Sequence record: NC_041974.1
Length of the DNA stretch: 64,000 nucleotides
Reading direction: 5' to 3' (one strand)
Program-made: the position numbers and the translations under genes
Notes under the pieces: model-generated
What the model was told of the DNA's origin: nothing
Seen by the model: only the letters and a program-made list of their open reading frames with translations
The model's database searches: none
Shown: piece after piece, positions 54,426-64,000 of the stretch
Layout: the number at the start of each line of letters is the position of its first letter
Numbering within the stretch: the stretch's first letter is position 1

Positions 54426-55592
54426 ATGTTACCATTAGTTACGGGGGCGATTACACTGGCCAGTTCGCTTGCGCTTGTCGCCGAACGTATTCTGGCAGCC
54501 AAGAAAGCTGCTGGTGAAGTCGCTGGTACTGTTGACAATACGTTGGCCACGTTAGGCCAGATGGGCACACGTGATTTGGTAACCTTTACCAAGGTGACCC
54601 GCATGGAACCTCTGGTGTTGTTAGATGATCGTTTGAAGTTTGATCCTTCGACCCCGGAGATCCTGCAAGTACTGACCAGTTTGATTGCCGGCTACTATAC
54701 CCAGGCGTTTGCCCTGCTGGGCCAGGTCGACGGTATTGACGTCATCGGCACCCTGGATAAGCTGAACCCGTCACGTACTGGTATTGGCCTGAACAACTTT
54801 GAAGGTGATCTTGAGAAAGACGGCCTCCATAAATTTAGTAACCAGTCAAATACCCCTCTCTATAGTATCGGGCTGGAAGCACTGACTGAAGTGCAGAGCG
54901 CCGAGAACAAGCCGGTTAAAATCCAGACCGATAAAAATGTCGTGGCTGATATTTCGGCACCGACTAACCTGGCGCTGGGTAAGATGATCAAGGTGACCTT
55001 GTCAGCTAATGGCAACACCATTGAGATCCCAATCACCATCCGTGTGAAACCTGTCACTACCGGTAGCGATGCCGTTACGGCGATTCTGGCCATCGGTACC
55101 ACGAAGAACACCGTGGCTGAGCGCTGGAACCGTTTCAAAGCTGGCGAGCTGACCTTCACTAACCTGGCCACTGGTGATGACGTGATTCGTCAACACAAGA
55201 AGATCCTGGTGCAGGATACCTCGGGCTTCTATGCCGAGATCACCCGTCGTGCCCGTGGTAATGCGAAGAAAGGTGCCCTGTCCGGTAACCTGTCGCTGGC
55301 TACGGATTCTAACGTGGTAATGATCTCTTCAGCCACGGCGCTGGATGTGGGTCGCGAGCTCGGTGGTGAACTGTCCAACTTCCGTATCCGTGAAGCGATG
55401 TTCGCCAAGGTGTACTCTAACATGCTGATCATCGTGGATGACCTGCGTGGCATGGTCTCCTTCTACTACCGCGGTGAGTCATTACCAAACGTGCTGTCGC
55501 TGCAGGATATCAAACTGTATAACAAAGGCAGCGGTCCAGACATCATGTCGATCTTCAGTGCGTTTGCTGAAAACAAAATCCCTTCCCTTTAA
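54426..55592 (+). CDS. Inner-body/head protein (phiKZ gp89 type)
   Basis: SD AGGAG; divergent from gp88-type gene; GLEAL motif. Confidence 0.7.
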   Translation: MLPLVTGAITLASSLALVAERILAAKKAAGEVAGTVDNTLATLGQMGTRDLVTFTKVTRMEPLVLLDDRLKFDPSTPEILQVLTSLIAGYYTQAFALLGQVDGIDVIGTLDKLNPSRTGIGLNNFEGDLEKDGLHKFSNQSNTPLYSIGLEALTEVQSAENKPVKIQTDKNVVADISAPTNLALGKMIKVTLSANGNTIEIPITIRVKPVTTGSDAVTAILAIGTTKNTVAERWNRFKAGELTFTNLATGDDVIRQHKKILVQDTSGFYAEITRRARGNAKKGALSGNLSLATDSNVVMISSATALDVGRELGGELSNFRIREAMFAKVYSNMLIIVDDLRGMVSFYYRGESLPNVLSLQDIKLYNKGSGPDIMSIFSAFAENKIPSL

Positions 55593-55604
55593 GGATCTCG
55601 TTCG

Positions 55605-56498
55605 ATGAACATTTTTAACTACGTCAAAGGCCTGATTGGTACGGTTGACAAACGCGATGTCCTAAGCGAGATCGATGCCCTGCGTGATGAGCTCACCCGG
55701 TTCACCATTAACAACTATGCGAAAGCCATGGATGTTAATGTCAACACCGACGGCAGTAATTACTACGTAAAACAGATCAGCCGTGAATTCGCGAAAGTGA
55801 AACAGGTTGAAGGTTTACGTGGTCAGAACCTGATCGCTCAAACGTACATCTCCTTAAAGCAGCTGACCCTGACCCTGGAGTGGATGCGCAAACAGGTTGA
55901 GCGTGAGTACGGTGGTCGTATTGCCCGCGAAGCCGTTGACTTTAAACAAGCCAACTTCCTGCGCTATATCGACTCGATCGACTTCTACCTGCGTTACGCT
56001 CGCTCCATGCTGCTCGTGGTGACGTCCCTGAATGCTAACCCATCAGCGGATATCACCAAAGGCTTCACGGTGCATGAGATCCGTTTCCTGACCGATACTG
56101 CTGTGCACTTCATCTACCTGACCTCGCTGTTCTCACAGCCGGTGAGCGTGACTGAGAAAGTGTTCGATGCGGTACCGTCGGTTGTGGTCTCCGATGCGGA
56201 TCAGCAAGCGATCGAAGCAGTACTGGGTAACAAGACCGATGTGGCGAGGTCTAACTTCATCCCACTGGGTTACAACCCGTTCTTCCTGATTGGTCGTCTG
56301 CGTGCTGAACGTCGTGTGAAACGCCTGCGGGCAGCTGAAGCGGCAGCCATTGCCACTGAGCTGACCTTGAGCAAGCTCATGGACAAACAAGCAGGCGGGT
56401 CAGAAGACCCCACCATTCAGAAACAAATTGATCATTATCAGAATCAGTTGAACCGACTGAACTTTGAGATCGATCAGATCAAATCCGAAGTCGAGTAA
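55605..56498 (+). CDS. Inner-body/head protein (phiKZ gp90 type)
   Basis: Synteny; C-terminal coiled coil. Confidence 0.7.
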   Translation: MNIFNYVKGLIGTVDKRDVLSEIDALRDELTRFTINNYAKAMDVNVNTDGSNYYVKQISREFAKVKQVEGLRGQNLIAQTYISLKQLTLTLEWMRKQVEREYGGRIAREAVDFKQANFLRYIDSIDFYLRYARSMLLVVTSLNANPSADITKGFTVHEIRFLTDTAVHFIYLTSLFSQPVSVTEKVFDAVPSVVVSDADQQAIEAVLGNKTDVARSNFIPLGYNPFFLIGRLRAERRVKRLRAAEAAAIATELTLSKLMDKQAGGSEDPTIQKQIDHYQNQLNRLNFEIDQIKSEVE

Positions 56499-56508
56499 GG
56501 AGTCCGTC

Positions 56509-57048
56509 ATGGCAGATCGTGTTAGTACTGGTGCAGAGATTATCTACGGCACCGGCTTTACCTCCCATGGCGGTCCAGGACAGCAAGGTGTAAAGATCAA
56601 CGTCGACAACAACGTCATTGATCTTTACCAGCGTTTGGCAGGCAACATCACGCTCGCCGGTAACTTTAACTTCCGAAAAGAAGTGTGTGTTACTGCTGCA
56701 CGACTGTTACTGCCATTGCCAAACTGGCTCCTGGCCACCCGTAGCAATTACCTGCACTCCAAACACGCGCTGTTGTTCGCCCGTGACCTGGGGTTGATTG
56801 CAATGGGTAAGAGTCCGGACATGAGTGTGATGACGCGCATGCGTCTGTTTTCACCCAGTTCTGTGAAGTCCAACCCGGGTGAGCTGAATGCGTCGAATTA
56901 CGATGCACTCTCGTTGATCCCTAATAAGTTCATTGATGAGCTGCGTACCTATTCCAATGGTGCACAGCTGGCTAACCTGACCCGCGACGCACAGCATGTG
57001 AAAGACCTGGTCACGTCATTATATGTCATGTTTGGTTCTGTTGAATAA
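56509..57048 (+). CDS. Conserved head-region protein (phiKZ gp91 type)
   Basis: SD AAGGAG before ATG 56509. Confidence 0.65.
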   Translation: MADRVSTGAEIIYGTGFTSHGGPGQQGVKINVDNNVIDLYQRLAGNITLAGNFNFRKEVCVTAARLLLPLPNWLLATRSNYLHSKHALLFARDLGLIAMGKSPDMSVMTRMRLFSPSSVKSNPGELNASNYDALSLIPNKFIDELRTYSNGAQLANLTRDAQHVKDLVTSLYVMFGSVE

Positions 57049-57085
57049 CAGGCCTCAAAATCGGAATGTAGAGGATACGTAAAAA

Positions 57086-58675
57086 ATGAGTAAAGCATAC
57101 CTCCATACCCTGCTGACTGCAGGTAATGAAGCGTTTGATGCAGCCGGCGAACCAGTGGGTGTGACTGTGGTTGATGCCCCGATCGAAGTGCCTGTTGTTG
57201 CAGACCCAGCAGTTGAGCCAGAAGCCCCAGCGGTAACTGACGCGCCGGTGGTTACGCAGGACCCGGTTGAGCCTGATCCAGAACCAGCAGCGGTCGTCGT
57301 TGCCATCAACGAAGATGAGAAAGAGCTGGTCATTGCGTCTACTGAAGCGGCTGCGGCCGAAGTGGTTGTGATCGAATCTGATTGCGCGCTGGAAGAAGTC
57401 GAAGACCTGCTGGACGACCAGATCCAGGTTGTGGCGGAAACTGAAAACATCGTCGCCTCTATGGAATCGTTCGTCGGTTCTGCGATGACCATGCAGGATG
57501 CGCAAGCCCTGCAGCAGTGGGTGCATAACGCCACCCGTGGTCAGTATGACCAAGCTAAAGTTGTCGGCTCTCTGGAAGCGTTCGGTAACGACGTCTCTAC
57601 CGATGATGCGCTGAACGCTGGCCTGGAAGGGATCGGTGAGTTCCTGAAAGCTGCCCGTAACAAAGCAGCTGATCTGCGTAAAGTCATGGTTGCGCGCTGG
57701 AACGCTTTCTTCAAAGATGTGTTCGTGGGCTTTGATAAAGTCGCACGTCGTGCTGATGCACTGGGTAAACTGGCGAAAGGTACTTCAGGCGAATCCAACT
57801 CCTCTACTATTCAGCTGCCGCTGGATACTGCCTGGCGTCTGGTGAAAGATGGTAAGGTTTCTCAGAACCTGCCGAAAGATCTGGGTGACCTGGGTAAATT
57901 TGCCAAGGCCGTCTTTAAAGACAACCCGGAAGCGCTGCTGGTTCATCGTAAGAAACTGGTTGACATCGCTGTTCGTCTGTCTACTGCTGACTATGACGAC
58001 GCGCTGAAGATCGGCAAAGAGCTGGTGAACTTCGAACTGCCAAGCGTTGGCGTGTGCAAAACCAAAGTGGTCAACAACTCCAACACGGTTGATGTGTATC
58101 GCTCTGATGAGTTCCTGGGTGCGCTGTCTATTTTCTATTGCAAACCTGTTGACAAAATCAATGCGCAGTTACCACTGCCGCGTCAGCTGTCGGACAAGTT
58201 CAACTCCATCATTGCGATCGATGTGAGCGTGTCTGAAACCGGTAAGAAAACACCGAAGCTGGATGTCTCTATTGATACCCTGCAGCCGGCTGAAATCGCC
58301 AAAGTGGCTGATGATGTTAACGCTATCCTGGGTGACATCCGTCAGTACCGCACCAACTACGGCGAGTGGTATGCGGCCAACAGCGATCTGGATCGTGTGA
58401 TCGGTATCCTGGCGAACGTACCATGGTCTGGCGATGCTGGCACCACTACTGTCGACAGCACCACTGATGCCGAGGGTAATACCTCAACCACCGTAAACAT
58501 CATCGGTCTGAACCGCGACCTGGCGGATGTGATTGAAGGCATGCATGACATGTATAGCTACCTGTCTGTAAGCCCGATCCGTGTCCTGTCTGCTGAACTG
58601 CTGCCAATCCTGAACCGTGCACTGGAAGTGGGTGAACGTTCTCTGGCAACCTACAGCGACAACAACCTGGCGTAA
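57086..58675 (+). CDS. Processed head/ejection protein paralog (phiKZ gp93/95/97 family)
   Basis: Acidic propeptide with AGNE, SME, SLE and AGLE sites matching the S/A/G-X-E prohead protease consensus. Confidence 0.75.
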   Translation: MSKAYLHTLLTAGNEAFDAAGEPVGVTVVDAPIEVPVVADPAVEPEAPAVTDAPVVTQDPVEPDPEPAAVVVAINEDEKELVIASTEAAAAEVVVIESDCALEEVEDLLDDQIQVVAETENIVASMESFVGSAMTMQDAQALQQWVHNATRGQYDQAKVVGSLEAFGNDVSTDDALNAGLEGIGEFLKAARNKAADLRKVMVARWNAFFKDVFVGFDKVARRADALGKLAKGTSGESNSSTIQLPLDTAWRLVKDGKVSQNLPKDLGDLGKFAKAVFKDNPEALLVHRKKLVDIAVRLSTADYDDALKIGKELVNFELPSVGVCKTKVVNNSNTVDVYRSDEFLGALSIFYCKPVDKINAQLPLPRQLSDKFNSIIAIDVSVSETGKKTPKLDVSIDTLQPAEIAKVADDVNAILGDIRQYRTNYGEWYAANSDLDRVIGILANVPWSGDAGTTTVDSTTDAEGNTSTTVNIIGLNRDLADVIEGMHDMYSYLSVSPIRVLSAELLPILNRALEVGERSLATYSDNNLA

Positions 58676-58693
58676 CCGTCATAAGGCAAAGAG

Positions 58694-60079
58694 ATGTCTT
58701 TACATCAAAAGCTCCTCTCTGCCGGGCTGGAGGCGTTTGACGCGCCTCCGGCTGCTCCGGTAGTAGCGGCAGTAGTACCTGCTCCATTTGATAACAACGC
58801 CCCGGTTAGCGAAGACCCGGAACTGCTTCGTGAAGAGACCGCTGCCCGTTTAGCGCTCGTGTCGATCATCGAAGCGGAGCGTGACGAAGAAGACTCGCGG
58901 TCTGCGGTTTATGAACTGCGTCGTCTGTCTGATGGTTTGGAAGGGTTGATGGTTGAGATTCAAAACGTCAACAACCCAGAAGAACCGACTGAAGACGAAA
59001 TGGCGATGTTGAAAGCCACCGCCCAGCAAGTACGTAAAGAGCTGCTGGAAGATGGTGAGCAAGAACTCGTCATCAATGTCGAAAACGGCATTCTGGTTGG
59101 TTCACAGGAAGGTCTGGCTGATGCCCTCAGTAATGTGGCGAAGAAGATCGGTTTTGCATTAGGTAATGCAGCGAAAGGTTTACTGAGCAAAGGCGAGCAG
59201 GCGAAAGCGCCGTTGTCTTATAACCGTAAACTGGCAGCTGAACTGAAAGCGAAAATCGATAAGCTCGGCACGACTGAATTTGACTTTACCATGCCAGCTG
59301 ATCTGGTCCGTCAGATTCGTGTGAGCGATACCGGTCCGGTTGATGCACTCAAAGCAGTAGCAGACTTCCCGGCAGCACTTGATGCCTGGTATCTGACCCC
59401 TGCTGATGCAGCAATGAACCTGTTTGAAAAACACGCCAACATCGTGCAGGCGATTGCCGGTAGCAAGACTCTCGAAGAGTTCAATACGAATTATGCGAAA
59501 CTGAGCTCACTGGCGCCACCGCTGCCTGCAGGCGCTAAACGCCTTGATCCGATTAACACGCGGGATTATATCTTCGACGTTAATGAACATCACCCAAGTA
59601 TGGGTCGTGTGGCTCGCTACTATTATGTTGCGCGTCCGGATGTGGGTAAAACGCCTGAAGATAAAGCGCTGGATAATGTCATTGCTTTGGCGCAGTATTC
59701 GACCGGGATCTATCCGTTCGATAAGATCTCTAAACGTAAAGCAACTGATGAGCAGGTGAAGTTCAGTGCGGCTGAAGTCAAAGGCTTGCTGGATGACATG
59801 CTGAAAGCGTGTGACGTGGTTGATAAGTACCTTTCACGTCTTGCAGTCGCCAGCACAATGGATAAGCGCTACAACGCTCTGGTTGATTTACTCAATAGCG
59901 ACTTGCGTAAACAAGAGTGGTGTTCCACAGAAGTCAACCGCATGGCACGCGTTGCGTTGATCTCAATGGATGCGTATTATTCATACGGGTTTGCTTATAC
60001 CAGTCGTGCTTACGAACTGATGGACGTGATCGTCAAGTTGGTGAAGAAAGCCGTGTATAAATCTGACCTCAGTAAGTAA
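58694..60079 (+). CDS. Processed head/ejection protein paralog
   Basis: AGLEAFD N-terminus; GSQEGL. Confidence 0.75.
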   Translation: MSLHQKLLSAGLEAFDAPPAAPVVAAVVPAPFDNNAPVSEDPELLREETAARLALVSIIEAERDEEDSRSAVYELRRLSDGLEGLMVEIQNVNNPEEPTEDEMAMLKATAQQVRKELLEDGEQELVINVENGILVGSQEGLADALSNVAKKIGFALGNAAKGLLSKGEQAKAPLSYNRKLAAELKAKIDKLGTTEFDFTMPADLVRQIRVSDTGPVDALKAVADFPAALDAWYLTPADAAMNLFEKHANIVQAIAGSKTLEEFNTNYAKLSSLAPPLPAGAKRLDPINTRDYIFDVNEHHPSMGRVARYYYVARPDVGKTPEDKALDNVIALAQYSTGIYPFDKISKRKATDEQVKFSAAEVKGLLDDMLKACDVVDKYLSRLAVASTMDKRYNALVDLLNSDLRKQEWCSTEVNRMARVALISMDAYYSYGFAYTSRAYELMDVIVKLVKKAVYKSDLSK

Positions 60080-60090
60080 ACGGAGAAAAC

Positions 60091-61461
60091 ATGTCCGCGA
60101 TTAATGACTTTCTATTTACTGCGGGCATGGAGGGGTTTAACGACCCCTCCTCTATACCGCCCGTTGGTATAGTTGTGCCCTTTTTTGGTGTTGAAGAGTT
60201 CGCTGAAGCGGATGCTGAACAATCTGTACGTATGACAGAGATGAACCAGCAAGCTGAAGCAATTCAACGTCTGCAACAAACGCTGGTCTACATCAACGCT
60301 CACCGCCCAACCTTTGACCGTGAGAACGCCGCTGTCGTGCAGCAAGCGCTGGGTGAAGTACAGGTACTGATGCCTGACATGGAAGACCCGGTCACCATCA
60401 TGGGGTCGCTGGAGCATTATACCCCGGCTTACACCAACCACTTGCTTGCGCACGGTATTGAAGGCATTGGTGATAAGATCCTGAGCGTGGTCAAGAAGAT
60501 CATCGAACTCTTGAAGAAAGGTTATGCCTTCTTGAGTAAAGCCATCCAGGCAAAGGGTGTGGTCTTCGGTAAACAGAAGCGCGAACTCGATGAGCTCAAT
60601 GCATGGTTTAAAGATCAACGCAAAAGCAACGATAAACCCGCTACCACCACCGGTAATGAACCTAAGGTTGTTACGGTCACTGCCCCGACCTATCTGTACA
60701 CCGTCGACAGTAACAAACCGTTAGCGGCGGATCGCTTAGCAAGCGAAGTGGCGAAGTACAACAAATTCCTGCAGGCCTTCTCGGTTGATTTCATCCGGGC
60801 GCATATTACCCTGGGTGATCTCTATATTCGCGCGCTGGGCACGCTGGATATTGCCAGTACCAGTAACGAAGAGTTGTTCACCAAGATGTTTAAGGGTCAG
60901 TTTAAATACCAGGCCTCGGGTGCAACGCTGTACACCAAACGCAATGGCGAAATGTGCGATATCGAAACAGTCGGGTTGATTGGTGGGATTGGCTTTAAAG
61001 CCTCCATCGCGAATATCCTGGTCGCACCGCTTGAGATGACCGCAGACGGCTCTAACCAGCGTAAGTTCTTTAAGCAGATGAACGGGCTGTATAACTACAG
61101 TTTTGTCTCCAAAATAAAAATGGATGGCAGTACGGTGGGTAATACCCCAATCTATGCTTGCAGTCTCGCTGACGCTGAGCGGTTGGTGAATCAACTTGAT
61201 ATGCTGACCAACTGGATGATTAACAGTCAGCACGACGAAGAGATCCGTGACTTTAATAAACGGGTGACTGAGTGTGTGGATAAGCTGGCTGATCGTGCTG
61301 GTCGTCTGGGTAATGACCGCAGTGATTTTATCACTACTGTGATCAATGCCTTGTCTGGTATCTCCAGTGGTCTGGAAAATGTGTCTCGTGGCATGAATCA
61401 GCAAACGAACACATTGATCAACAACTTGCGTGAGTACGTTACCAAATCCACGAAAGCGTAA
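60091..61461 (+). CDS. Processed head/ejection protein paralog
   Basis: AGMEGF, GSLE, GIEGIGDKILSVVKKIIELL. Confidence 0.75.
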   Translation: MSAINDFLFTAGMEGFNDPSSIPPVGIVVPFFGVEEFAEADAEQSVRMTEMNQQAEAIQRLQQTLVYINAHRPTFDRENAAVVQQALGEVQVLMPDMEDPVTIMGSLEHYTPAYTNHLLAHGIEGIGDKILSVVKKIIELLKKGYAFLSKAIQAKGVVFGKQKRELDELNAWFKDQRKSNDKPATTTGNEPKVVTVTAPTYLYTVDSNKPLAADRLASEVAKYNKFLQAFSVDFIRAHITLGDLYIRALGTLDIASTSNEELFTKMFKGQFKYQASGATLYTKRNGEMCDIETVGLIGGIGFKASIANILVAPLEMTADGSNQRKFFKQMNGLYNYSFVSKIKMDGSTVGNTPIYACSLADAERLVNQLDMLTNWMINSQHDEEIRDFNKRVTECVDKLADRAGRLGNDRSDFITTVINALSGISSGLENVSRGMNQQTNTLINNLREYVTKSTKA

Positions 61462-61554
61462 ATTATTATATGTGTTAATGGCCCTGCAGGAAACGCGGGG
61501 CCTTATCACAATACGATCGTATTTAATTTCATGAAATTAAGGTAGAGACTCACT

Positions 61555-62910
61555 ATGTCTATTCAAGCATTTTTAAACCTCGGCGCCGAGGCTTTCGAAG
61601 ACGCACCGGTAGTTGAAGAAGCACCGGTTGTGGTTGTTGCACCAGTGCCAGAAGAAGTGATCGAGCTGATTGCCGAGCGTGATGATTCGAACATCGCCCT
61701 GGCCATTGCTCAGGATGCGGCGGCAATGTCTGCTGCCGAGCGTCAGGTGGAAGAGTTTGCTTCCGCAATCGAGCGCGTTGAAAATGTCCAGGCATCAATG
61801 GAACACTTTATCGAAGCGGGCCTGTCACAGAAATCAGCAATGATGCTGCATCGCCAGATCACAACTGTCATGGCATCTGTCGGCAAGGATGGCGCTGCCA
61901 TCGGTGGCGGTCTGGAAAACTTCGACAACGAAGAAGCCAGCATTGCACTGCTGACCGCTGGTCTGGAAGCACTGGATGCCGAGAAAGCCGATCTGTCCTC
62001 CCGTGCCGGTGCATCCATTGCCGGTATCGCTGGTAACATTAAAAGCTTTCTGGGCAACATCAGTACTCAGGCCGGTCGTTATAAACTGCGTGCTGAAGCG
62101 ATCGTTAAATCTGCTGACGGCGCTGAAGCCAAGTCCGGTACTGTTGAAGTAAAAGATAAACACCTGGTTGTAAAAGGTGGCAATCCATCAACTAACCTGA
62201 AAGGCGATCTGGGTAACTTCAGCAAGCTGGTTGGTGCGGCAATCGCTACCTTCATCGAAGGCGATATCGTTAAAGAAGGCAGCGCTCTGGCAAAAGCTGG
62301 CGAGACCATCATTAAAGCGACTACCGCTGATGTGGCAGTGAAAGCTGCAATGGGTGTGAAACACAATCCATTCCCGGGCGCAACCATCGCAGTGCAGGAC
62401 AAAGACACCTTCAGTATCAAACGTACTGAAGTGGTTCTCGGCGGCTATGCGGTATTCGATCTGCAATATAAAGCCACCGGCGGCGAAGGTGCTGAAGCAG
62501 CTGTTGCGCATCTGAATGCACTGAGCAAAAACCGCGTTACTCTTCGTCAGGCTCCAGTTGAAGCTGGTAGCGAGAAAGTATTCTCTGCCACTATGTCTCC
62601 GGCCGATGGCGCAGCACTGGCGAAAGATGTTATCGCAATGCTGGACAACATCACAGCGGTCAATAACCGTAGCCTGGGTGCGGTAAGTGGCGCACTGGCC
62701 CGTCTGGGTACCAGCGCTGTGTTGAAAGGCGCTGTGGCGAAAGACGCAGACAAAGACGTGAAGAAAATTGCTGGCGCCATGGGTAAAACCCTGGTTGGTT
62801 CTATCCAGGCTGTTAACAGTCTGCCACGCGATGCCCTGAGCGCTGCGCTGAAAGTGTCTGATGCTGTACTGAAAGTTGCTAAGAAAGCTGCTGCAGGTCA
62901 AGTAGACTAA
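61555..62910 (+). CDS. Processed head/ejection protein paralog (Ala-rich, strongly biased codons)
   Basis: GAEAFED, SMEHF, GGLENF, AGLEAL. Confidence 0.75.
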   Translation: MSIQAFLNLGAEAFEDAPVVEEAPVVVVAPVPEEVIELIAERDDSNIALAIAQDAAAMSAAERQVEEFASAIERVENVQASMEHFIEAGLSQKSAMMLHRQITTVMASVGKDGAAIGGGLENFDNEEASIALLTAGLEALDAEKADLSSRAGASIAGIAGNIKSFLGNISTQAGRYKLRAEAIVKSADGAEAKSGTVEVKDKHLVVKGGNPSTNLKGDLGNFSKLVGAAIATFIEGDIVKEGSALAKAGETIIKATTADVAVKAAMGVKHNPFPGATIAVQDKDTFSIKRTEVVLGGYAVFDLQYKATGGEGAEAAVAHLNALSKNRVTLRQAPVEAGSEKVFSATMSPADGAALAKDVIAMLDNITAVNNRSLGAVSGALARLGTSAVLKGAVAKDADKDVKKIAGAMGKTLVGSIQAVNSLPRDALSAALKVSDAVLKVAKKAAAGQVD

Positions 62911-62934
62911 TCGAGTAACTTGATAACCTTAGGG

Positions 62935-62964
62935 GGAGAGGGGTTTCCCTCTCCTCTTATACCG
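62935..62964 (+). terminator. Hairpin followed by TTATACCG
   Basis: GGAGAGGG-gttt-CCCTCTCC stem. Confidence 0.7.
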
Positions 62965-62981
62965 ACCAAGAAGGTGAATGC

Positions 62982-64000
62982 ATGTCAACCATGACAGAAC
63001 TGGGTCCGTCACAAGGCACACTCCTTGCCGATGAGAAAGCAGTACACGATGACGCGGCCACCGAAGCCACCGAAGTTGCACTCCACGTATTAAAGAAGAT
63101 TGGTAAGAAGAAAGAGAAAGATGACGAGGATGAAGAGGTCGTGCTCTCCTTTGGTAGCGAAGGCTATGCCATGCTCACCAGTATGTCATTTGATCTGACT
63201 GAGAACACCGATCTGGCCGTACAGGAACTCCTGGATAAGATCACCACCATCGTCATTGAAGCAAATGGCAATCTCACGCAGAAAGATCTGGAGAAGATCA
63301 AGAGCGTGGGGAATGAGTCGTTATTAGGCGATGGGAATGAAGACTATAAAGAAGTCGTCACCATGGTCATGAAACGGATCATGCAATTCATTCGCTGGGC
63401 GATCAACCAGGGTAAGCAAGGGATCAAACGGGTTGCTGACCGCTTGAGTCGTCTGAGCGTGAAGACGATGTATGTTGAGCGTAAGATCGATATCTCCACT
63501 GACAACTCATTGCCGACTGACAAGTTTGTGTTACCGCGCAGCTATCCAATGCTGATGATGGTGAACAAACCACCGGCCAATGCCATGGAAGTGATTAACG
63601 CCGTCAACCGCACCAAGTATCTCTTCACCACGCTACATAACGACTACCAAGGCTTCCAGGCGTTGTTTAAGGCAGCGGTAGCCACTGGCTCTCGGGCTGA
63701 CACCTTAGAGATGATCAACAACTATCTCAACGGGTTGATCAGTAAGCTCTCAGCACGCCCTAACCCACTGTTCGATAACCGCAATACCTTTAACCAGTTA
63801 CCGGGTGGGTATCGTCTGGTGTTCTCAGAAGGTCAGTCGTTTGCGGATTGTGGGGCAACGATCCTGCGTACGCCGGAGAAATACGAAGCCGCACCGGCGG
63901 TTCAGCGTCCAGATAAAGCGAGTCTGGTACGGTTGGTCAGTGAGATCAAAACCTACCTGCGGGTGATTAACGAAGTCTACGGTAAAGTCTCCAGTCGGTT
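62982..64000 (+). CDS. Head/ejection protein paralog (3'-truncated; not in the ORF track)
   Basis: Hand translation from ATG 62982: MSTMTELGPSQ...GSEG...GNESLLGDGNEDYKEVVTMVMKRIMQFIRWAIN. No stop seen in the part translated; assumed to run off the window. Confidence 0.7.
   Translation, partial: MSTMTELGPSQGTLLADEKAVHDDAATEATEVALHVLKKIGKKKEKDDEDEEVVLSFGSEGYAMLTSMSFDLTENTDLAVQELLDKITTIVIEANGNLTQKDLEKIKSVGNESLLGDGNEDYKEVVTMVMKRIMQFIRWAINQGKQGIKRVADRLSRLSVKTMYVERKIDISTDNSLPTDKFVLPRSYPMLMMVNKPPANAMEVINAVNRTKYLFTTLHNDYQGFQALFKAAVATGSRADTLEMINNYLNGLISKLSARPNPLFDNRNTFNQLPGGYRLVFSEGQSFADCGATILRTPEKYEAAPAVQRPDKASLVRLVSEIKTYLRVINEVYGKVSSR

Noticed and set aside
60112-62901. Long antisense ORFs (168, 257, 237 aa) over head genes
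   Set aside because: Typical stop-poor antisense frames of genes with RNY codon bias; no starts or motifs.
1-64000. tRNA, rRNA or CRISPR arrays
   Set aside because: Intergenic gaps are short (mostly under 180 nt) and showed no cloverleaf or regularly spaced repeats. The dispersed repeats are promoter- or terminator-like.
1-64000. Stop-codon reassignment as in some large phages
   Set aside because: Core genes are full length under the standard code and end in TAA, TAG or TGA with normal coupling to the next gene.
1-64000. Chimallin (chmA), tubulin (phuZ), major capsid or terminase genes
   Set aside because: No ORF with fitting size, motifs and synteny; presumably outside the window. The nucleus-forming assignment rests on PicA/ChmC/nvRNAP synteny.

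Overview
This window is part of a phiKZ-like, nucleus-forming jumbo phage genome (Chimalliviridae). It is densely coding and uses the standard genetic code. The host is probably enterobacterial, and gene order suggests an Erwinia RAY/Agricanvirus-like phage; this is inferred from remembered synteny and not verified. Core blocks in order: (1) SbcD nuclease, ChmC-like RNA-binding protein, non-virion RNA polymerase (nvRNAP) gp68-type subunit, PicA/Imp1 import factor, gp70-type protein, nvRNAP beta C-half, nvRNAP beta' C-half and SF2 helicase (6.1-21.7 kb). (2) gp76-80 block with the virion RNAP beta' middle subunit (29.6-34.9 kb). (3) Split family-B DNA polymerase exonuclease half, baseplate-type genes and a long array of protease-processed head/ejection proteins (44-64 kb). 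Accessory islands of orphan genes lie at 0-6, 21.7-29.6 and 34.9-43.9 kb. phiKZ gp-number assignments rest on synteny plus motifs read by eye; no database search was run. Best leads: (a) a probable programmed -1 frameshift at a U8 run that fuses the gp77-type tail-chaperone-like gene to a downstream ORF lacking a good start; (b) a candidate anti-defence island with a Tad2/DUF2829 sponge, a four-gene paralog array and several decayed homing-endonuclease-derived genes; (c) a recurrent hairpin+TTATGCCG intergenic signal; (d) a prion-like Q/M/P/Y domain beside PicA; (e) an early-promoter repeat with an embedded palindrome near a ribbon-helix-helix gene. No tRNA, rRNA, CRISPR array, intron or intein was seen.
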